A stretch of 64,000 nucleotides of DNA from a bacterium (lineage in GTDB: Bacteria > UBA8248), in assembly GCA_965203325.1 (NCBI GenBank), contig OZ241875.1, positions 2,624,001 through 2,688,000 of the forward strand, written 5' to 3'. The notes under the pieces were generated by a model that had not been told where the DNA came from, did not search any database, and worked only from the letters and a program-made list of their open reading frames with translations. The position numbers were made by a program, and so were the translations under genes. Of this stretch, positions 57,765 through 64,000 are shown one piece after another. How positions within the stretch are numbered: the first letter of the stretch is position 1; each line of letters begins with the position of its first letter.

Positions 57765-58838
57765 TTATTCCAGCCGTGCGCCGCTTTCGGCGTCGAAAAA
57801 GTGTATTGCGCCCGATTGAAAACCGAATCGGATTTGATCGCCGGGGCTGAACTCGCGCTCGGCGTCGACTTTGGCCACCAGAAATTCCTCATCGCCGCAG
57901 GAGAAGAAAACCAGCGTTTCGTCTCCCAGCGGTTCGATGAGCCTGACATCCGCGGCCGCGCCTTCATCCCCGATGCTCACGTTCTCGGAACGCACCCCGA
58001 GGTTGATCGCTTTGTCTATAGCGGAGCCGGGCACGGCGCCAGGCTCGATGCTCAGCTCGAAATATTCGGAGACGAACCTAGGCGCGTCGCTGTTCTCGAT
58101 GCGTCCCGAGACAACGTTCATCGTCGGCTGGCCGAAGAACGTGCCCACGAACTGGTTGGTCGGTTTTCTGTATATCCCGAGCGGGGTGTCGATCTGCTGC
58201 ACGTATCCGCGGTCCATGACCATGATGCGGTCCGCCATCGTCATGGCTTCGGCCTGATCGTGGGTGACGTAGACGAAGGTGGATTTGAGTTCCTCGTGGA
58301 GGCGCTTGAGTTCGGTGCGCATCTCGATGCGCAGCTTGGCGTCCAGACTGGAGAGTGGCTCGTCCATGAGCAGGACTTGCGGCTGGGTGATGATCGTTCG
58401 CGCCAGGGCCACCCGCTGCGCCTCGCCGCCCGAGCACTGGGCGGGTTTTTTGGATAGTAGGTGGGATATCTTCATGGTCGTGGCGACTTTGGAAACCCGC
58501 TCTTTCACGTCCGTGTCCGCGGTCTTGTCCACACGCAGACCAAAGGCGATGTTTTCAAAGACGGTCATGTGAGGGAACAGGGCGAGGTCCTGGAACACCA
58601 TGCCCAGGCCGCGGTCGCCCGGTTCGAGGTGGTTCACCATGCGGTCGCCGATGAACATCGTGCCGCTCGTGGGTTCCTCGAATCCGGAGATCATGTTGAG
58701 CGTGGTGGTTTTTCCGCAGCCCGACGGCCCGACCACCACCATGAACTCGCCGTCACTCACCTCGAGGTCAACGCCCGCAACGGCGGTGACGGTTTCACCG
58801 AATTTTTTCACCAGGTTTTGGAGTGTAATGGAGGCCAC
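57765..58838 (-). CDS. ABC transporter ATP-binding protein (MalK/UgpC-like)
   Basis: GPSGCGKTT, CSGGEAQRVALAR, LLMDEP, YVTHDQ; TOBE-like C-terminus. Confidence 0.95.
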   Translation of the reverse strand: MASITLQNLVKKFGETVTAVAGVDLEVSDGEFMVVVGPSGCGKTTTLNMISGFEEPTSGTMFIGDRMVNHLEPGDRGLGMVFQDLALFPHMTVFENIAFGLRVDKTADTDVKERVSKVATTMKISHLLSKKPAQCSGGEAQRVALARTIITQPQVLLMDEPLSSLDAKLRIEMRTELKRLHEELKSTFVYVTHDQAEAMTMADRIMVMDRGYVQQIDTPLGIYRKPTNQFVGTFFGQPTMNVVSGRIENSDAPRFVSEYFELSIEPGAVPGSAIDKAINLGVRSENVSIGDEGAAADVRLIEPLGDETLVFFSCGDEEFLVAKVDAEREFSPGDQIRFGFQSGAIHFFDAESGARLE

Positions 58839-58873
58839 CGCAATTATCCCCTTCAAATTCGATGGTCAAAGAA

Positions 58874-58907
58874 CATCATCCCGAACAAATCATCATCCCG
58901 AACAAAT
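58874..58907. repeat. Perfect 17-bp tandem duplication
   Basis: CATCATCCCGAACAAAT x2. Confidence 0.9.
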
Positions 58908-59267
58908 TAGACGATGCGGCAGAAATATTTTGTTCTGAACACTGGATTATGCGCAGATTTGTTATTTTTTTCAACTGCTTCTTTTAATGTTGACTTCTCG
59001 GCTCCGTCGCCCCGATCCCATGTGATAAGCGGGGAACTCAGGATTTCAGATTTTTCCCGTTCATTTGTCCAAGAGACATGCTCGCATCCGCTCCGGAATC
59101 ATTTTCTCTCGTTGGCTCATTTGAACTCTCACGGGAGTCGCTCAGGCGTGGAATGGCGTCGGCACGGAGGAGCGCAGGAATTCTTCATTTTCCACGTGTT
59201 GAATTTATTTGCAAAATTGATTAGTAGAACTAAGCATTGTTTTACCCGCATTGATGCCCGGATGATG

Positions 59268-59972
59268 ATGGGGGCAACGTTGGCTCAAAAAATTCTCATC
59301 GTGGAAGACGAGATCGACATCCGCGAACTCCTCACCTACAACCTCCAACGGGAGGGATTCGAGGTCGTGGGCGCGGCCAATGGCGAAGATGCCCTGGAAG
59401 CGCTCAGGAACGAGGAACTCCAACTGATTGTTCTCGACCTCATGCTTCCCGATATATCCGGCCTCGAGATTTGCCGCCATATCCGGCGAGATTCCGCGCT
59501 GAGCCGGCTGCCCGTGATCATGCTGACCGCCAGGGGCGAAGAGGTGGACCGCATCGTCGGTTTCGAGTTGGGCGCGGACGATTACGTGACCAAGCCCTTC
59601 AACATCCGGGAAATGATTCTGCGCGTGAAAGCGGTGCTCGCGCGATCGAAAACGACACCGGCTGCGGGAAAATCACTCAGGCGCGGACCGCTGACCATCG
59701 ACTCCGAGCAATACGAAGCGTCGGTGGACGGACGCCAACTCTCCCTGACGGCGACGGAATTCCGTCTTTTGCACCACCTGGCCGCTCACCCCGGTTTCGC
59801 CCGAAATCGCGACGAGTTGCTCGACGTCATCTGGGGAGAAGATAAATTCGTCACTCCCCGCACCGTGGACACGTATATCCGCCGCCTGCGGGAGAAGCTC
59901 GGCCCGGCGGGGGATATGATCCAGACGCTTCGAGGCGTGGGGTACCGGTTCAAGAAGATGTCCGAAGAGTAG
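59268..59972 (+). CDS. phoB: OmpR-family response regulator PhoB (start 59262-59280)
   Basis: ILIVEDE, LDLMLP, IMLTA, GADDYVTKPF, LTATEF, RTVDTYIRRLREKL, TLRGVGY; phoR-pstS context. Confidence 0.88.
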   Translation: MGATLAQKILIVEDEIDIRELLTYNLQREGFEVVGAANGEDALEALRNEELQLIVLDLMLPDISGLEICRHIRRDSALSRLPVIMLTARGEEVDRIVGFELGADDYVTKPFNIREMILRVKAVLARSKTTPAAGKSLRRGPLTIDSEQYEASVDGRQLSLTATEFRLLHHLAAHPGFARNRDELLDVIWGEDKFVTPRTVDTYIRRLREKLGPAGDMIQTLRGVGYRFKKMSEE

Positions 59973-60002
59973 TCCTCCTCGCCACCCGGAGGAAACCCGC
60001 AT

Positions 60003-61778
60003 ATGCGCAGATCCTTCTACAAGAAATTGATGGCGAGTTATCTCGTCGTCATCACCGTGGTGTTCTCGGCGGGGATGATTTACCTCCATTTCGGTCTCTC
60101 GGCCCAGTTGATGGAACATGCGGAGGAGAACCTCGCCCGCAACGCGCACCTGGCCCGCCGTCAACTGGTTTCCTCGATTTCGGCGAACCCGCAAAGTGAC
60201 CACATGAATGTAATCGCCGAGGAAATCAGCCGCGCGCTCGGCGTGCGAGTGACGGTCATATCCGCCTCGGGAAAGCTGCTCGCGGACTCCGACCTCGCGC
60301 TCGATGGCTCCGAACGAGCCGAGAGCCGCGCCGACAGGCCCGAAGTCATCGCGGCGAAAGAAAAGAGGATAGGCTCCAGCGTCCGCCGCAGCCCGAGGGG
60401 CGAGGGAGACTTGCTCTATCTGGCTCTTTCGATTGACGCGGGTCCGGTGTCCGGCGGCGTAATTCGTCTGGCCATGAGCCTTCGGGAAATCGAAGAGACC
60501 ATCGCCGAGATGCGGGGACTTCTCCTGGTGGCCGGTGCTCTCGCGTTTTTGCTCGCCATCGCGGTCAGTTTCGGGGCCGGCGTTATCGTACGCCGGGGGT
60601 TCGATGAGATTTATAGATCCGTGCAGAAGATTGCCCGCGGCGACTTCAGTTACCGCATCGCTTCGAGACGGCAGGATGAGTTGGGCGAATTCGCGCGGAC
60701 CATGGACCAGCTCGCCTCAGAGGTGGAAGCCCGTCTCGATGAGCTGCGCAACGAGCGCGACAGGCTGGAAGCGATTCTCGAGGGAATGACCGAGGGCGTC
60801 ATGGTCACCAACGCCACGGGGGATATTCTCCTCGTAAACACCGCTTTCAGGGAGTTTTTTCCCTCGCTGCCCGATTTCGAGAATGACGCGCCGGTTCCTC
60901 TCGAAGCCGTGCGCTCCACCGAGGTGCAGGAAGCCGTGCGGGAGATGCTCTCTCGCTCCGCGGCCCGGATGGAGCGCGAGGTGGAAGTCCTGCCCGCGCG
61001 CACGCTGACCTTACACGCCAAGCGGGCGAGGGCGGAGGGAGAATCGAACCTCGTCCTGGTGTTTCACGATGTCACCGAGGTCAAGCGGCTCGCGGGAATA
61101 CGGCGGGAATTCACCGCTAACGTATCCCATGAGTTGCGCACGCCCTTGACGGCGATACAGTGGGCGGCCCAGACGCTCGAGGTGACTGCGCAATCCGACC
61201 CCGAAGCAACGCGCCGTTTCGCTTCCACCATCAACAGGCACGCGCGGCGCCTATCGGCCCTGGTCGAGGACCTGCTTGAACTCGGGAGGATAGAATCCAA
61301 GGAGGAGCACGTCCGACCCGAGGAAGTTTCCATACAGAGCGCGATGGACTCCGTCGCCCACACGTTGGCTCCCGTAGTCGAGAAGAGGGGCGTTCAACTG
61401 CATACGGAGATTCCCGATGAGGCAGACCGCGTCCGGGCGGACCCTGCAGCCCTGGAGAGGATTCTGATCAACCTGGCCGAAAACGGGGTGAACTACAGTT
61501 CCGAGGGCGGCGAAATCACCGTGTCCGGACACCTGCGCGAAGATGGCTTCGTCGAGGTTTCGGTGGCCGATCAGGGAGAGGGAATTCCCCCCGAGCATCT
61601 TCCCCGGATATTCGAGCGTTTCTACCGGGTGGATTCGGCCCGCGCTCGGGAGAACGGGGGCACGGGTCTGGGTCTTTCCATCGTGAAGCATCTCGTTCAG
61701 GAAATGGGCGGAGATGTTTGGGTCGATAGCACGCCGGGCCGGGGCTCCACCTTCCGCTTCACCGTTCCCGCGCCCTGA
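60003..61778 (+). CDS. phoR: Sensor histidine kinase PhoR (HAMP-PAS-HisKA-HATPase)
   Basis: RPEV, EFTANVSHELRTPLT, NLAEN, DQGEGI, RIFERFYRVD, GGTGLGL. Confidence 0.9.
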   Translation: MRRSFYKKLMASYLVVITVVFSAGMIYLHFGLSAQLMEHAEENLARNAHLARRQLVSSISANPQSDHMNVIAEEISRALGVRVTVISASGKLLADSDLALDGSERAESRADRPEVIAAKEKRIGSSVRRSPRGEGDLLYLALSIDAGPVSGGVIRLAMSLREIEETIAEMRGLLLVAGALAFLLAIAVSFGAGVIVRRGFDEIYRSVQKIARGDFSYRIASRRQDELGEFARTMDQLASEVEARLDELRNERDRLEAILEGMTEGVMVTNATGDILLVNTAFREFFPSLPDFENDAPVPLEAVRSTEVQEAVREMLSRSAARMEREVEVLPARTLTLHAKRARAEGESNLVLVFHDVTEVKRLAGIRREFTANVSHELRTPLTAIQWAAQTLEVTAQSDPEATRRFASTINRHARRLSALVEDLLELGRIESKEEHVRPEEVSIQSAMDSVAHTLAPVVEKRGVQLHTEIPDEADRVRADPAALERILINLAENGVNYSSEGGEITVSGHLREDGFVEVSVADQGEGIPPEHLPRIFERFYRVDSARARENGGTGLGLSIVKHLVQEMGGDVWVDSTPGRGSTFRFTVPAP

Positions 61779-62135
61779 GCGGGGCCGGCACCTTCTAATG
61801 TAAGTTTTGGTTCGGGCCGGTTTCATTGCGGGGGCGGATTTGACCCTTGCGCCCCTCGATGCGCGAAACGAAGCTGGCATCCCGTAAACCGGATTTGTCC
61901 GAAAAATCACTCGATTGCCATCCGTTCGTAACATTTCCGGCTCCTTTTTTCCCTATAGTCCACCTCGTTCGGAGAGCAATCGCGGGACGGAGCGTTTCTG
62001 CTCATGGTTGCGTATACGCAGCCCCCTGAAGAGGCGATAAAGTTCTCCGGGCAAAGAAGCGCGCAGTCCATGGGGAATGCGGGAAGGTAGAGATTCACAA
62101 GTGTGGGAAGAGAGGGTCCGTCCGTGTCTCTGTAT

Positions 62136-62163
62136 GTTCACAGTTTTGTCACGAAAATGTAAC
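62136..62163 (+). promoter_or_regulatory. Pho box upstream of pstS
   Basis: GTTCAC / TGTCAC / TGTAAC half-sites at 11-bp spacing with A/T-rich spacers. Confidence 0.75.
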
Positions 62164-62210
62164 AAAGTCTTTCGTTTTTTCCTGTAGTTTCAATCCACCC
62201 ATAGGAGGAA

Positions 62211-63218
62211 GTGAGAATGATCAGGTTTTCCAGGATTTGCGGTTTGGCCTTCGCGGCTGTGATTTGCCTCGTGCTCGTAGCGCAGCCCGTCGGCGCGGCC
62301 CTGATGGTGGACAAGAAGTTGCCCGCCTACAAGGCCACCAGCGGCGTTTCCGGGAACGTGAAGTCCGTAGGTTCCGATACGCTGAACAACCTTATGACGC
62401 TCTGGGCCGAGGGCTTCAGGCGTTCCTACCCGGACGTGAAGATCGAGATCGAGGGCAAAGGCTCTTCGACGGCTCCTCCCGCGCTCATCGCCGGCACCTC
62501 GAACTTCGGCCCGATGTCGCGCGCCATGAAATCGAAGGAAATGGACGCTTTCGAGAAGAAGTTCGGCTACAAGCCGGGCCGCATCCGCGTCGCCGTGGAC
62601 GCCCTAGCCGTCTTCACGAACAAGGACAACCCGCTGAAGTGTCTGAGCCTGCCGCAGGTCGACGCCATTTTCTCCAAGACCCGAAAGGGCGGCATGAAGA
62701 CCGACGTTACGACGTGGGGCGAGGTCGGCCTCAAGGGCATGTGGGCGAGCAAGCCCATTTCCGTATACGGCCGCAACTCGGCTTCCGGCACGTACGGCTA
62801 CTTCAAGAAAGTGGCCCTCTACAAGGGCGACTACAAAGATTCCGTGAAAGAGCAGCCCGGCTCCTCGGCGGTGGTGCAGGGCGTGGCGTCGGATAAGTTC
62901 GCCATCGGCTATTCGGGCATCGGCTACAAGACCGCAGACGTGATCGCACTTCCGGTGTCCAAAAAGACCGGCGGCAAATGCTACGGCCCCGAAGCCAAGA
63001 ACGCCTATTCGGGCAACTACCCGGTCGCGCGTTTCCTCTACATCTACGTCAACAAGAACCCGAACCAGCCGCTCGACCCCCTGAGAGCCCAGTTCGTCAA
63101 GTACATCTTCTCGAAGGAAGGCCAGCAGGCCGTCATCAAAGCGGGGTTTTTCCCGGTGAACGCGGCCATCGCGAAACTGGATCTCGGAGCCCTCGGCCTC
63201 GGGTTGGGAAGCAACTAG
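62211..63218 (+). CDS. pstS: Phosphate ABC transporter substrate-binding protein
   Basis: GSDTLNNLM, GKGSSTAP, MSR, GRNSASGTY, GYSGIGY, YPVARFLYIY. Confidence 0.95.
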   Translation: MRMIRFSRICGLAFAAVICLVLVAQPVGAALMVDKKLPAYKATSGVSGNVKSVGSDTLNNLMTLWAEGFRRSYPDVKIEIEGKGSSTAPPALIAGTSNFGPMSRAMKSKEMDAFEKKFGYKPGRIRVAVDALAVFTNKDNPLKCLSLPQVDAIFSKTRKGGMKTDVTTWGEVGLKGMWASKPISVYGRNSASGTYGYFKKVALYKGDYKDSVKEQPGSSAVVQGVASDKFAIGYSGIGYKTADVIALPVSKKTGGKCYGPEAKNAYSGNYPVARFLYIYVNKNPNQPLDPLRAQFVKYIFSKEGQQAVIKAGFFPVNAAIAKLDLGALGLGLGSN

Positions 63219-63232
63219 TTTTTCCACGCAAC

Positions 63233-63283
63233 GCGGCGGCGGGGACGGCGGAGCGGATTCGCCGTCCCCCCGCTTTCATTTTT
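63233..63283 (+). terminator. Stem-loop between pstS and pstC (terminator or mRNA stabiliser)
   Basis: GGGGACGGCG...CGCCGTCCCC stem with T-rich tail. Confidence 0.6.
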
Positions 63284-63296
63284 GAAAACGAGAGAT

Positions 63297-64000
63297 ATGA
63301 GCGAAAGCCGAGTATCAGACGCTGAGGATAAAGAACCGAGAAAGCCGGGCCGGATTCGCGATTTGAGGGCAAGACAATCCGTCCGGATCATCGACAAGCT
63401 CGCCACCAACATCATCACCGTCGGCGGGCTTTTCGTGATTCTGGCCGTGCTCGGGATCATGGCGTTTCTCGTGGCAGTGGCCTTGCCGCTGTTCGCCGGA
63501 GAAACGATAACCGGCTCGGGTGTCTTCCGGGTCGCTGCGCCCAAGAGCCCTCTCCTCAGTGTCGAGGTGGATGATTACAAAACCATCGCCGTCCTGGTTT
63601 CGAAAGACGGCGTGTTGACGCCCGTCCACGCATCGACCGGAAAACCGCTCGCGACGTTGAAACTCGATTTCGAGGGCGCCGAGGCGAGCGCTTTCGGGCG
63701 AACGCTCAAGGGCGGAAACGTCGCCTTCGGCTTCCCGGATGGAACGGTCCGGTTCGGAAAGATCGTCTTCCGCACACAGATATTGCCGGCCGAAAGGGTT
63801 CCGAAGGGACTCACCAAAATCGACGAGCGCGATTTCACCGACGGCAAGGTCGTTTATTCGCGGATTCCGGGCGACCAGATGCGGAAAATCTGGGTGGAAT
63901 CAGAAGTCAAGGAACCGCAGGAGGTGGCGCCGCAAGGCACGCCCATCGTGAAACTCGACTACAAGGTGGGCGGGACTCCCGAGCGCCCGAGCATTTCCTT
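63297..64000 (+). CDS. pstC: Phosphate ABC transporter permease, large PstC type (3'-partial)
   Basis: MSESRVSDAEDK...IIDKLATNIITVGGLFVILAVLGIMAFLVAVALPLF, then a long soluble region; directly after pstS and running toward the window end. Confidence 0.75.
   Translation, partial: MSESRVSDAEDKEPRKPGRIRDLRARQSVRIIDKLATNIITVGGLFVILAVLGIMAFLVAVALPLFAGETITGSGVFRVAAPKSPLLSVEVDDYKTIAVLVSKDGVLTPVHASTGKPLATLKLDFEGAEASAFGRTLKGGNVAFGFPDGTVRFGKIVFRTQILPAERVPKGLTKIDERDFTDGKVVYSRIPGDQMRKIWVESEVKEPQEVAPQGTPIVKLDYKVGGTPERPSIS

Overview
High-GC, gene-dense bacterial chromosomal segment, probably Gram-negative given its lipoproteins and futalosine menaquinone pathway. No rRNA, tRNA, CRISPR array or intact transposase was seen. 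Housekeeping and metabolic genes include mqnC, bioF, crcB, pduO-type adenosyltransferase, rluB, pgsA-like, panE, scpAB, two CoA-transferase pairs, a carbohydrate-type ABC operon with a duplicated permease, and phoBR-pstS-pstC with a Pho box. These are interspersed with lower-GC islets (Panacea TA pair, GIY-YIG/DUF6884-like pair, DUF433/PIN TA pair, DUF2806-like gene) and five or six composite REP/MITE-like repeat clusters. Signals not captured by the ORF track: (1) two hidden selenoprotein genes, an AhpD/CMD-like CxxU protein (5376-5648, minus) and a stand-alone PrdB/GrdB-like UxxC protein (41217-42122, minus), each with a bSECIS-like hairpin of nearly the same geometry; the latter ends an amidohydrolase-NifU-MFS-MFS operon with no prdA in the window; (2) a two-gene candidate defence islet inserted into the 3' end of pduO, with a synonymously recoded duplicate gene tail; (3) a Co-type nitrile/thiocyanate-hydratase-like module lacking the N-terminal beta half; (4) a CoA-transferase-fold pair lacking the catalytic Glu; (5) a repeat-flanked large TbpB-like surface lipoprotein with a long structured leader. 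Family assignments come from motif recognition only; no database searches were run.
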